Counted from the first letter of the stretch, positions 16,996-28,350 are shown. The stretch: 64,000 bases of DNA from Acetobacteraceae bacterium (GCA_965231175.1 CBDDMJ010000009.1:60496-124495), one strand, 5' to 3'. The notes: generated from the sequence alone by a model not told the origin. Numbers and translations: made by a program.

Positions 16996-19540
16996 ATGCT
17001 TGCTTGAACGCGGCATTCACCCAATAGCGCGGGGTTTTTTTGTAGCCGGTGTGGCAGTGGATGGTGACGGCCTGGGCCAGGGTGCGGCGGTCCAGCAGGG
17101 TGATGTGGTTCAGGAACCCGGCGGTGGCGGTGGCATAGCAGGCGGCGAAGGCGCGGGTGATCAGGCCGGGGCCGGTGGAGAGCCATAGTGTGTCGGTATC
17201 GCCGCGGTTGATGGCGGTTACGGCATCGGCCAGGGCGCGCATGATGACCGGGTGGCGCGGGATTGCGGCGATGAAGTTGTTGGCGAGGGTGCCGTGGTCT
17301 TCCTGGTATAATATCAGCTCGGCGCTGCCGAGGAGCGGGTGCAGTGATGCGGTGCAGCGGTCGTCGGCATCGGCGTAGATGCCGCCGGCCACGGCGAGCC
17401 ATGCCAGGCGGAACAGATCGGCTTTTTGTGCCGGCTCGCGGATGCGGCTGTAGGCGGCCTGGACGGCCGGGGGCGTGTGGCGGCGGAGAAATTGCTGCGC
17501 TGTGGTATCGTTGGCGATCTGCGCCCGGTAGTCCGGATTATGCTGCTGCCAGCTGCGCATCAGGGCGGCGACATCGGCGGGGATGTTTGTGGTGTCCCAG
17601 TAGTGCAGAATGGTTTTGGGAATGATTTGCGATGTTGGCGTGCTTGTATGGCTGGCCAGATACCCGGCCTCGGCGAGGGCCACCAGCAGGGTGACGGCGG
17701 CGGCTGTGCTATCCGGATTGGCGGCGACCACCGGGCGCAGGGCGGCCAGGCGGGGCTGCGGCGGCAGGGTTTGCAGTTTTTGCAGCTGCTGCACCAAAGC
17801 GGCATCCAGGCAGTAGTCATCGAGCCGTTGTCCGTAATGGTTTTGCGAGATATTGGGCGAGCGGCCTTGTAGGCGGATGGCAGGCAAGGTGAGCTGGCAG
17901 TAACGCTGCAAATGTCCGCGCGCCTCATCCAGCCGCAGCAGCATGGTGGTGAGGCGGATCAGCTCGGCCTGCACGGCCTCGTCCTGCGGATTTTGCGTCT
18001 CAGCGGCCTGGTATTGCGCCAGGGCTTCGGCAAACCGGCATTGCCGCTCCGCCAGCAGCCCCGCCATGCGCAAGCGCTGGGCGCGCTCGCCGGCGGTACT
18101 GGCCGGGGATGAGGCGAGGCAGGCTTGCACGGCAGCTGTATCGGCGGTGAGCATTTCGCTTTCGCAGGATTCCAGCCAGACGCCGAAATGGCGCGGCCAG
18201 GCGGCACGCGCGGCGCGGCCTCGGCTGAGCGCCTCTGCCAGGCGGCCGGACTGGCGCAGCAGGATCATTTCGATATGCGTGAGTTCGGGTGTGGGCGGAA
18301 ATTCCGCCCGCAGATTTCGCAACGCCGCCAGTGCCGGCTCGATCGACCCGCCATCGGCCAGAGCCCTGACCGCGCCGAGGCGGAAGGCCAGAAGCTGCGG
18401 CTGGCGTTGCGCCGCGGCCTGGTAGATTTGCAGTGCTGCCTGCGGGTTCTGCGCCAGCATCGCCTGCTCGGCCTGCTGGATGGTGATGTAACGGCAGAGC
18501 GGGTCCAGGCCTGCGGCCTGCGCCAACAACGCATCGCATTCCTGCTGCCGCCCCAGCAGACGCGCCTGCACCGCCATGTGTAGCAGGCTTTGCGCATGGG
18601 CCGGATGGCGATGATGCGCGGTGTGGAACAGCGCCAGTGCCGCCTCATGCGCGCCGGCCGCGCGCTCGATCATGCCGGCCACCGTCAGCGCATTCAGGCT
18701 GGCGGGATGTTGCCGCAATACGGCTTGCGCCGTGGCCCGGGCGGCCGTGAAATCCCCGGCGTCCCGCAGCTCATTGGCGATTTCAAGCCGGGCCCAGTCG
18801 TTCCCCGGCTCGGCGCGGTGTGCCCGTTCGAAATACGCCAGCGCGGCGGCGCGGTCTCCGGCGGCGCGCGCGCAATGGCCGAGACCGAGGCAGGCGTAGA
18901 ACTGTTCCGGCTGGTCCGCCAGAATTTCGTGATAGACCGCTGCCGCTGCGGCATGCTGCCCGGCCTCGCGCAGACCGGCGGCAATCTCCAGCCGGGCCAC
19001 CAGATTGTCGGGCTCGGCCGCCAGCGCGGCCTGGAAATGCGCCGCCGCCGCGTCGCCGTCTCCCGCCGCTCTGGCGCAGAAACCAAGGCCGATTTGCGCC
19101 AGGGCGGCATGCGCCGTTGCCAGCAGCGCCTGATAGATTGCCCGGGCTTCCACCAGCCGTCCCTGCTCGCGCCGCACGGTTGCCAGTTCCAGCCGTGGCC
19201 AGGGATTGCCGTCATCGGGCGCGCAGGCAAACCAACCTGCTGCTGCGGCAAGATCCCCGCGCGCCTTGGCGCACAGGCCGCGCCCCAGCAATGCGTAAGT
19301 CTGGTCCGGCTGGGCGGCGAGGATGGCGGCATAGGCTGCCTCCGCCTCATCAAGGCGGTTGAGGTGCCGCAGCGCCGCCCCGGCCTCCAGCCGCGCGATC
19401 AGATGATCCGGTGCCGCCTGCAAAGCGTTTTCAAAACAGGCGAGAGCGGCGGCGTGTTCATGGCGGTCCCGCGCCGCCAGGCCGAGGCTAAGATGCGCCT
19501 CGGCCGCCGCGAGGTCTTCAGGCGAAGGAGAACAGCTCAA
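16994..19540 (-). CDS. TPR-repeat protein fused to a C-terminal DXD-motif glycosyltransferase domain (Gly_transf_sug/OCH1-like)
   Basis: 848 aa. About 560 aa form Ala-rich TPR-like repeats (A..F..AL...P....A...LA). ILHYWDTTNIPADV and ADLFRLAWLAVAGGIYADADDRC follow. Confidence 0.7.
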   Translation of the reverse strand: MSCSPSPEDLAAAEAHLSLGLAARDRHEHAAALACFENALQAAPDHLIARLEAGAALRHLNRLDEAEAAYAAILAAQPDQTYALLGRGLCAKARGDLAAAAGWFACAPDDGNPWPRLELATVRREQGRLVEARAIYQALLATAHAALAQIGLGFCARAAGDGDAAAAHFQAALAAEPDNLVARLEIAAGLREAGQHAAAAAVYHEILADQPEQFYACLGLGHCARAAGDRAAALAYFERAHRAEPGNDWARLEIANELRDAGDFTAARATAQAVLRQHPASLNALTVAGMIERAAGAHEAALALFHTAHHRHPAHAQSLLHMAVQARLLGRQQECDALLAQAAGLDPLCRYITIQQAEQAMLAQNPQAALQIYQAAAQRQPQLLAFRLGAVRALADGGSIEPALAALRNLRAEFPPTPELTHIEMILLRQSGRLAEALSRGRAARAAWPRHFGVWLESCESEMLTADTAAVQACLASSPASTAGERAQRLRMAGLLAERQCRFAEALAQYQAAETQNPQDEAVQAELIRLTTMLLRLDEARGHLQRYCQLTLPAIRLQGRSPNISQNHYGQRLDDYCLDAALVQQLQKLQTLPPQPRLAALRPVVAANPDSTAAAVTLLVALAEAGYLASHTSTPTSQIIPKTILHYWDTTNIPADVAALMRSWQQHNPDYRAQIANDTTAQQFLRRHTPPAVQAAYSRIREPAQKADLFRLAWLAVAGGIYADADDRCTASLHPLLGSAELILYQEDHGTLANNFIAAIPRHPVIMRALADAVTAINRGDTDTLWLSTGPGLITRAFAACYATATAGFLNHITLLDRRTLAQAVTIHCHTGYKKTPRYWVNAAFKQA

Positions 19541-19880
19541 CGTCGAACATCAGCGTGGCGTTCGGCGGGATCGCCCCGCCCGCGCCGCGCGCGCCGTAGC
19601 CGTGTTCGGGCGGGATGATCAGCGTGCGCTTGCCGCCGACCTGCATGGTGGCGACCCCCTGATCCCACCCGGAGATCACCTGGCCGACGCCGAGCCGGAA
19701 AGCGAAGGGGCTGCCACGGTCGCGCGAGGAGTCGAATTTCTTGCCTTTGGCGCCGTTGTCGTACAGCCAGCCGGTGTAATGCACGGTGACGGTCTGGCCG
19801 GTTTTCGGGCTGTCTCCGGTTCCTACCACCTCATCCTGATACTGGATGCCTGAGGGTAGTGCTGTGAAATCTGTGCTCAT
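19518..19880 (-). CDS. FKBP-type peptidyl-prolyl cis-trans isomerase
   Basis: MSTDFTALPSGIQYQDEVVGTG...VHYTGWL..GKKFDSS..PF.F.LG.GQVI.GWD.G. The internal ATG at 19880 is preceded by GGAG. Confidence 0.85.
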   Translation of the reverse strand: MSTDFTALPSGIQYQDEVVGTGDSPKTGQTVTVHYTGWLYDNGAKGKKFDSSRDRGSPFAFRLGVGQVISGWDQGVATMQVGGKRTLIIPPEHGYGARGAGGAIPPNATLMFDVELFSFA

Positions 19881-20007
19881 GGTTCGCTCCATTGTTGACC
19901 TGGCCCCTATACCAGCCGCCATCGCCGCTGCCGAGAGCATGGGATTTACTGGAAAGCCGGTAGGTGTTGGCCTACATATGGACCGTATCAAGGATGAGGT
20001 TTCGGCC

Positions 20008-20577
20008 ATGAGCAAAATCGCCATTATCCACCATTCCGGCTATGGCCATACCCATCGCATGGCCAAGCATGTGGAAGAGGGCGTTGCCAATACCGGTGCC
20101 GATGTGCATCTCATCGCCATCAACGAGCATGGCGATATCACCGATTACGATTGGGAATTGCTCGGCAGCGCCGCCGGCATATTGTTTGGCTCCCCGACCT
20201 ATATGGGCGGGCCATCCTGGCAGTTCAAAAAATTCGCCGATGCCAGCTCCAAGCCCTGGTTCGCGCAATTATGGAAAGATAAATTCGCCGGCGGCTTTAC
20301 CAACTCCGCCACCATGAACGGCGATAAATTCTCCACCATCCAGTATTTCATCACCCTCGCCATGCAGCACTCCATGGCCTGGGTCGGCACCGGCATGATG
20401 CCCTCCAACAACAAAGCCGCCACCCGCGAATCGGTGAATTACGTCGGCGGGTTCGCCGGCGCCCTGGCGCAATCCCCGGCGGATGCCTCGCCGGATGAAA
20501 TGATCCAGGGCGATCTGCAAACCGCGATAAAATTCGGCGAGCGCTTTGCGCGGTTTGTGGCGGTGCATGGGAAGTAA
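20008..20577 (+). CDS. flavodoxin-like fold NAD(P)H:quinone oxidoreductase (WrbA-like)
   Basis: MSKIAIIHHSGYGHTHRMAK..., GSPTYMGGPSWQFKKF. The start was chosen at the internal ATG; the upstream part of the ORF is antisense to FKBP. Confidence 0.75.
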   Translation: MSKIAIIHHSGYGHTHRMAKHVEEGVANTGADVHLIAINEHGDITDYDWELLGSAAGILFGSPTYMGGPSWQFKKFADASSKPWFAQLWKDKFAGGFTNSATMNGDKFSTIQYFITLAMQHSMAWVGTGMMPSNNKAATRESVNYVGGFAGALAQSPADASPDEMIQGDLQTAIKFGERFARFVAVHGK

Positions 20578-20720
20578 GGCAGAAAGCAAGCACTGCTTTT
20601 TTGAAAAAAAGCAGCAAAAAACTTTTATGAGTTTTAAGCCGGGCGTTTCAAACACCAATGGCCCAGATTAACAAAAGTCTTTTTGCTGCTTTTTCTTCAG
20701 AAAAAGCAGTGCTTCCTTAC
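20576..20720. repeat. MITE/REP-like element, copy E5 (short form)
   Basis: AAGGCAGAAAGCAAGCA + CTGCTTTTTT/AAAAAAAGCAG ... GGCCCAGATTAACAAAAGTCTTTTTG + CTGCTTTTTC/GAAAAAGCAG + TGCTTCCTTAC. It starts inside the TAA stop at 20575-20577. Confidence 0.8.
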
Positions 20721-21377
20721 TTATAAAAGGGATGCAGCGATGTTGACTGAGAGGGCCAGCAGGATCGTGTTGAACAAGAAACTGATCATGCCGTGCAGGG
20801 TGGCCAGACGCCGTAATCCGCGGCCTGTGATGTTGACGTCCGCTACCTGAAACGTCATCCCCAGCACAAAGGAATAATACACGAAATCCAGATAATCCGG
20901 ATTTTCCTCATGTGGAAACTCCAGCCCTTTCTGAAACGATCCATCGGCGGTTTTTTCATAATATTCATGCGCGTAACGATACGCGAATGTCACCTGCGTG
21001 GTCAGCCAGGACAAAGCCAAAGTCGAAATCACGAAGGTGAGATAGGCGCTGCGATGCGCCTGGTGGGCGTCGTGATTGGTGAAAATGAAAATGGCGGCAA
21101 AACTCATTGCCGAGCCGATCAACGTCAGGGCGAAGATCGTCCACTCCCCCTCCTCCTGCTGCTCGGCGTCGCGGGCGATCCGCGTATGGTCCGAACGGGC
21201 AAACAAAACCGCCGTCAGACCCAGATAAACCACCGCCCCAATATCCCAGGCCACCACCACACGCGTCGCAACATGCGGCACCGAGGCCAGGCAAAAGTAA
21301 CTGCAAACCGCCAAGGCCAGACCGGTAAACAACCGCGGCCTGCCGCCTATAATTCTGAACAACCGCCAATCCAACAT
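20721..21377 (-). CDS. DUF1345 family membrane protein
   Basis: 218 aa with 4-5 TM helices and a DFVYYSFVLGMTFQVADV block typical of the family, as I recall it. Confidence 0.65.
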   Translation of the reverse strand: MLDWRLFRIIGGRPRLFTGLALAVCSYFCLASVPHVATRVVVAWDIGAVVYLGLTAVLFARSDHTRIARDAEQQEEGEWTIFALTLIGSAMSFAAIFIFTNHDAHQAHRSAYLTFVISTLALSWLTTQVTFAYRYAHEYYEKTADGSFQKGLEFPHEENPDYLDFVYYSFVLGMTFQVADVNITGRGLRRLATLHGMISFLFNTILLALSVNIAASLL

Positions 21378-21401
21378 GGCCGGGTATTGCCACAGCTTGC
21401 T

Positions 21402-22607
21402 TTATAAGGCGATGACCCCGGCATCCGCGCTGTTCGGAAAGATGCGCGCTAACGCGGCGTTGCTAAGGCCCAAATGAGTTTGCAGGGCGGATTTTGCCAC
21501 GCTGCGAACGTCCGTGGTGGGGGCGAGGTCGCGGTTTTCGAACAACTGGCTGGGGCGCAGGCCGGGCCAGGTACCGGCGATTTTGCCGCCGCGCAGGGCG
21601 CCGCCGAGCAGCAGTGCCATGGTGGCGGTGCCGTGATCGGTGCCTTTGGTGCCGTTGATGGCGGCGGTGCGGCCGAATTCGGTGATCACCAGCACCATGG
21701 TGTTGCGCCAGGCTGGGCCGAGAGCGGTGCGCAGGGCAGCGAGCCCGGCATCCAGCCCGGTGAGCGGGGCTTGCAGGCCGTTGACCTGGTTGCCGTGGGT
21801 GTCCCAGCCTTGCAGCTGAAAGGCGGCGATGCGCGGGCCGTCCGGCGCGGCCAGCAGGGCGCCGGCCTGTTGCGCCATGGCGGGGAAATCCGCACGCGTG
21901 GCTTTGGGCTTGGTGCCATCGTCGCTCATGATGTCCACGGTCTGGCTGAGGATGCCGGCATCGAAGGCGGTGGATTTCAGGCCTTGCCGGATGGCCGGGC
22001 CGGTCAGCGGGTCCGGCGCGTTGAGGGCGGCGATGCGTGCGTACAGATCCGGCGGCGGTTTGGCGAAGCTCTCGACCGCATAGGAGGCGACCGGCATTTT
22101 GCCACGGATCAGCAGCGGCGTGCCGATGCCGACCGATAGCCCGGCCGGCTCGGTGCCGCCGGTTGGCGGCAGTTCCGCGATCGCCCGGTTGAGCCAGCCC
22201 GAGGTGATCCCGGTTTCATCCGGCACGCCGAGCTGCAACAGGTCCTGCGCCTCGAAATGGCTGCGGGTGCGGTAAGGACCGGCCACCGCGTGCACCGGCA
22301 GCACCTGCCCGGCCTGGTACATCGTATAAATGTTGGCCAGGGCCGGATGCAGGCCGTAGAACCCGCCGAGGTCGAACAGGCCGTTGGGCTGGCCGGGGGC
22401 GGGAGGCACCAGCGGCGCGCGCAGGCTCAGCAGATTGGCATCGCCGTACGGCACCACCGCCGACATGCCGTCCAGCGCGCCGCGCAGCAGCACGACGACG
22501 AAGCGCTGGTCTCCCGGGGCGGCGGCCAGGGCCAGTTTCACTCTGGCGGCGCTGGCCACCACGGCCAGGCCGAGCAATGTGGCCCGCCGCGTGAGATGCA
22601 GGGTCAT
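21402..22607 (-). CDS. DUF1501 domain protein (sulfatase-like, Tat-exported)
   Basis: 401 aa with Tat-type signal LTRRATLLGLAVVASAA and the GWDTH block (LQGWDTHGNQ). It is paired with DUF1800 upstream. Confidence 0.85.
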   Translation of the reverse strand: MTLHLTRRATLLGLAVVASAARVKLALAAAPGDQRFVVVLLRGALDGMSAVVPYGDANLLSLRAPLVPPAPGQPNGLFDLGGFYGLHPALANIYTMYQAGQVLPVHAVAGPYRTRSHFEAQDLLQLGVPDETGITSGWLNRAIAELPPTGGTEPAGLSVGIGTPLLIRGKMPVASYAVESFAKPPPDLYARIAALNAPDPLTGPAIRQGLKSTAFDAGILSQTVDIMSDDGTKPKATRADFPAMAQQAGALLAAPDGPRIAAFQLQGWDTHGNQVNGLQAPLTGLDAGLAALRTALGPAWRNTMVLVITEFGRTAAINGTKGTDHGTATMALLLGGALRGGKIAGTWPGLRPSQLFENRDLAPTTDVRSVAKSALQTHLGLSNAALARIFPNSADAGVIAL

Positions 22608-22611
22608 GGGT

Positions 22612-23964
22612 CTATCTCCGTTGAAATTCCGGCGCGGCGAATAGCAGGGTCAGCGCCTCGCGCCGTGAGCCGGCCGCCGCCATCGCCGTGGCGGTGGCCG
22701 GGCGCAGCAGCGGCCCGAGCGCCACTGCTGCGATCGCTGCCGGCTGCGGGCCATTCGCACCATTGTCGAAGCGCGCGGCATAGGTATAGGCCCAATCGAT
22801 CCGGCTCAGCACCGCTGCCCCGCCATCCCAGTCGGCGGCCTGGCTGGACCAGCCGTTCGGCAACGGGGCGGCCCATAACGGCTGGCCCATCTGGCTCAGT
22901 ACGGCGGCGTAGTTCACCGGCGGCTGGTCCGGCGGCGGCGGGGCGGCGCGAATGGCGGAGAGAACGAACTCCATCGGGGTTTTGAGTTTGGTGAGGCCGC
23001 TCCAGGCGGCCGTTACTTCCAGCAGCGCCAGGGCCGCCGCCGCCAGGTCACCGCCGGTCTCCCGCAAGCGCCCGGCGATGTGGGCCACCGCCGCCGGCGG
23101 CGGGGTATCGGCGATGAAATGCGCCGCCAGCTGCTGCGCGATATGGTTGTAAGTGGCCGGATGCCGCGACAGGAAGGTCAAGGCGTCGATGCCGCCCTGT
23201 TCGCCGCCGCCGAAGCGCCGGCCCATGACCGTCTGCGGCCCCGGCTGATGCGCCCGCGGGCGGAACAGAAAGCCGGTGGCATCCCCCTGCCCGTCTTTGG
23301 CGCTGATCGACCAGCCGGTGAGCAGCCTGGCCATGCTGGTGACATCGGCCTGGCTGTACCCGGCGGCCAGCCCGACAGTGTGCAGCTCCAGGCATTCGCG
23401 GCCGAGGTTTTCGTTCAGGCCGCGGCCGGTGCGCTGACCCGCCGGGCTATCCGGTCCGACCGAAATATCGTTGGCGAGGTAGCGCAGCATCGCCGGATGA
23501 CGCTCTGCCGCCAGCAGCATGCCGGTGAAATTGCCGGTGACATGCGGGCGGATCGCCTCCCGGATGAAGGGTCCGGCCAGCGCGGCGGTTTGGCCCTGCA
23601 AAATGCTGACGGTGAAATGATTGGCCCAGAACCAGACCAGATGTTCACGAAACCCGACCGGCACTTGCGCCGCCCAGCCCATCTGCGCGGTGCTGTCGGC
23701 GCGGTACAGCGCCTTGGCCTGGGATTTGAACGGCGCTGCCGGCGTTCCGGCCTGGAGCAAGGCGCGCCTTGCCTTGAGATCCGCGATGGTGGCCTGCACC
23801 GCGGTCCGGCCATCCGGCAAGCCGGCAAAACCGGGGCTGTTCAAGGCCGGGTCCGGTCCGGCGAGGTCGGCGCGCAGCAGCGCCATGGCATCGTCCGTGG
23901 CCGCGGTACCCCATAACGGGCCCAGCCCGAAGCGGATCAGCGCAGGCGCCGTCATGTTGTCCAT
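22612..23964 (-). CDS. DUF1800 domain protein
   Basis: 450 aa with the LVWFWANHFTVS block characteristic of DUF1800. It lies 4 nt upstream of the DUF1501 gene. Confidence 0.85.
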   Translation of the reverse strand: MDNMTAPALIRFGLGPLWGTAATDDAMALLRADLAGPDPALNSPGFAGLPDGRTAVQATIADLKARRALLQAGTPAAPFKSQAKALYRADSTAQMGWAAQVPVGFREHLVWFWANHFTVSILQGQTAALAGPFIREAIRPHVTGNFTGMLLAAERHPAMLRYLANDISVGPDSPAGQRTGRGLNENLGRECLELHTVGLAAGYSQADVTSMARLLTGWSISAKDGQGDATGFLFRPRAHQPGPQTVMGRRFGGGEQGGIDALTFLSRHPATYNHIAQQLAAHFIADTPPPAAVAHIAGRLRETGGDLAAAALALLEVTAAWSGLTKLKTPMEFVLSAIRAAPPPPDQPPVNYAAVLSQMGQPLWAAPLPNGWSSQAADWDGGAAVLSRIDWAYTYAARFDNGANGPQPAAIAAVALGPLLRPATATAMAAAGSRREALTLLFAAPEFQRR

Positions 23965-24089
23965 CGAGACGGCTTACGCCGGTTTTGTGTAAGCGCATGT
24001 CACAAAGAGTAAGAACCGCTACCTCTGCCATATCTTCGCCTTGATGCATGTCTTCAAGGTTGCAGACGATATTCATGAAAGGATGAGCG

Positions 24090-24296
24090 ATGAAACGGTT
24101 GTTCTCGACTTTGGGCGTGCTGGCCCTGAGCCTTGCGGTGACAGGCTGCATCATAGCCCCGCGGCCCCGCGAGGGTTACTACCGGGCGCCGCCGCAGGCT
24201 TATTACGCGCCGCCGCCGCGACCCTATTATCCGCCGCGTCCGCAGCCCTATTACCCGCCGCCGCCGGGTGTCAGCGTGGGGGTCAACATCCACTGA
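24090..24296 (+). CDS. small Pro/Tyr-rich lipoprotein
   Basis: 68 aa with lipobox LAVTGC. The mature part is GYYRAPPQAYYAPPPRPYYPPRPQPYYPPPPG. An intrinsic terminator follows. Confidence 0.55.
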   Translation: MKRLFSTLGVLALSLAVTGCIIAPRPREGYYRAPPQAYYAPPPRPYYPPRPQPYYPPPPGVSVGVNIH

Positions 24297-24361
24297 CCAC
24301 CGTACGGCAGCGGCCATACCCTTGCCAAAAGCCGCGCCCTGCCGCAAAAGCCACCGGATCA

Positions 24362-24397
24362 GGCGCCCCCCTCAGCGGGGGCGCCAAATCCTTTTTA
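24362..24397 (+). terminator. Rho-independent terminator candidate
   Basis: A 9-bp GC stem GGCGCCCCC/GGGGGCGCC with loop CTCAGC, followed by AAATCCTTTTTAT. Confidence 0.55.
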
Positions 24398-24422
24398 TGT
24401 CCGTGGCTGGTGGAGGCTTTAG

Positions 24423-26502
<2,080 letters not shown>

Positions 26503-26504
<2 letters not shown>

Positions 26505-26709
26505 GGCAGAAAATAAGTTCTGCTTTTTTGAAAAAAAGCAGCAAAAAACTTTTGAATGCTGGGGCATGGGCGTGATGCGGACAACGCCTTTGAACCAGCA
26601 GAAATTTTATGCCGGGGCAGGGGCGTTCGGCGGACAACGCCCCTGGCCCAGATTCATAAAGTTTTTTTGCTTCTTTTTTGTTCACAAAAAAGAAGTGCTT
26701 TCTGCCTTG
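26503..26709. repeat. MITE/REP-like element, copy E6 (long form)
   Basis: It starts in the EF-G TAA stop. CTGCTTTTTT/AAAAAAAGCAG hairpin, two GGGCGT..AACGCC hairpins flanking CCAGCAGAAATTTTATGCCGG, then CTTCTTTTTTGT/ACAAAAAAGAAG. Confidence 0.8.
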
Positions 26710-26719
26710 ATAGGAGCTT

Positions 26720-27330
26720 CATGAACCTGCCCTTTCGCATTACGATCTGCGGTTTGGATGAGTTGGCGGGGCATTGATGCCCGGGTCAGTCATGTGCTTT
26801 CCATACTGGACCCGGACTGGCCGGTGCCGGAGGTATTTGGCGCTTACGGCGAGCATGAAAAGCTTGAATTGCGTTTTGACGACATTATTGAGCCGTATGA
26901 GGGCGAGATTGCGCCGCAGCCTGGGCATGTTGAGCAATTGCTGCGTTCGGACGGCGTTTTACCGAAACGGCGGCGCATCTGCTGGTGCATTGCCATGCCG
27001 GCGTTTCCCGATCCGCGGCATTTGCTGCTGCTGGCGCAGGCTTTGCCGGCGCAGCCGGGTGCTGCTATTTTTCCCGTCTGCGCTCCGCCCGCAAATCTGG
27101 CCCAACCTGCGCATTGTTGGGTTGCCATTCGGCCGCAAGGACCTGATTGCCGCGCATGGACCGCCAGCCTGCAGCGCAGGCTTACCTGGCCGAATTTTTG
27201 CGGCGTAAATCGGCATAATGTGCAGACGGTATCCGCCCGCAGATCTGGCCGAATTTGCGGATTGTCGAGAGTGGGTGATGCGGCGCTGGGCCGCAACGGC
27301 GATCTCATGTACCGCTGCCCACGGCATAAA
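26720..27330 (+). pseudogene. tyrosine-phosphatase-family (CX5R) gene, disrupted by frameshifts
   Basis: MNLPFRITICGLDELAGH runs into a stop at ~26775. The homology continues in another frame (IDARVSHVLSILDPDWP...LELRFDDI). The active-site block LLVHCHAGVSRSAAF sits in a third frame (~26975-27020). The C-terminal IWPNLRIV block occurs twice. Confidence 0.6.
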
Positions 27331-27539
27331 CGGCGGGCTGCAGTTACAGCCGTCAGGCCTATTATGGCGGAAGAGTTCACGACCCGCGGCCTGGACGGCC
27401 AGAGAGGTAGCGGCGGGTGCTGAAGTAGCTTTATAAGCGGAGCGGAGGTTGATTCACGCTCTGCAGGTTGCCGCGTTGACAACGCTGTCAAAATCTTTAC
27501 GCAATGATGCGGCTTTGGCTGCGGAACGCCGGTCATTTT

Positions 27540-28350
27540 TCCGGGGGCACCACCAGCGGCGACACCATAAACGGCGGCGGCGCGGAATATGGGAGTGATG
27601 CATGACCGACCAGGAAAAGCGGTGCAATACCGGCGGTCTGTTTGACCGCGCGTTGATCACCGGATGTTGTGACGAAATTCGCGACCTCGGCATCGACCTG
27701 CGCGATTGGATCAGCCGGGCGATGGGGTATGCTTTATACCGAGCTGGTTGGAGTTGACGCAGTGTTGCCATCTCCGGCGGCACCGCCTACGGCACCACGG
27801 TCAGCGGCGGCTACGAATATGTCACCAGCGGCGGCGTGGAAAGCAACGGCACCATCGCCGGCGGCACGCTGCAGATCGACACCGGCGCATCGGCCGGCAG
27901 CCTTCACCGGAGCGAGCACGTTGATTATCGCGCCTACAGCGGATTTCCGGCTTCGCACGGCGACAGCTGCACTTTCCGCTGGCACCGGCACAGCGATATA
28001 ACCATCTCCGCGCCGGTGAAACCACCCGATATCGCTACATGAGACGGATTTCAGCATTGACGGCGGTGCGCTGCGAAACCATCGCCTGTTTTTTCCCGGC
28101 CTGATCCGACGCGCGGCGAGGTGGCGGTGGAAGCGCTGCCCGGCCTTATCTGCGGCGCGGCCAGGCCGCTGGCTGGCTTGGTCGTTCCAGCGCTGCCACC
28201 GGCTTCGCCGATCCGTTGCGCGTTCTGCCCATCCGCATCACCGCCTCTGCGCTGGGGAATAACATCCCGTTGCAGGATTTGCTGGTCTCGCCGGATCACG
28301 CGATCTTTCTCGGCGGCGTGCTGATCCTGGGCCGAGGGCAATCAGGGCGT
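27540..28350 (+). pseudogene. Hint-domain / Gly-rich repeat surface protein remnants (multiple frameshifts and stops)
   Basis: Fragments lie in different frames: GGTTSGDTINGGGAEYGSDA*, ISGGTAYGTTVSGGYEYVTSGGVESNGTIAGGTLQIDTGASAGS, ..EVAVEALPGL.., and DPLRVLPIRITASALGNNIPLQDLLVSPDHAIFLGGVLI (Hint C-terminal block). Confidence 0.55.

Noticed and set aside
26844-27536. A 230-aa minus-strand ORF across the phosphatase pseudogene region
   Set aside because: It is Arg/Ser/Cys-rich with no motifs and is antisense to sequence with clear (though frameshifted) phosphatase-family similarity. It is most likely a shadow ORF.
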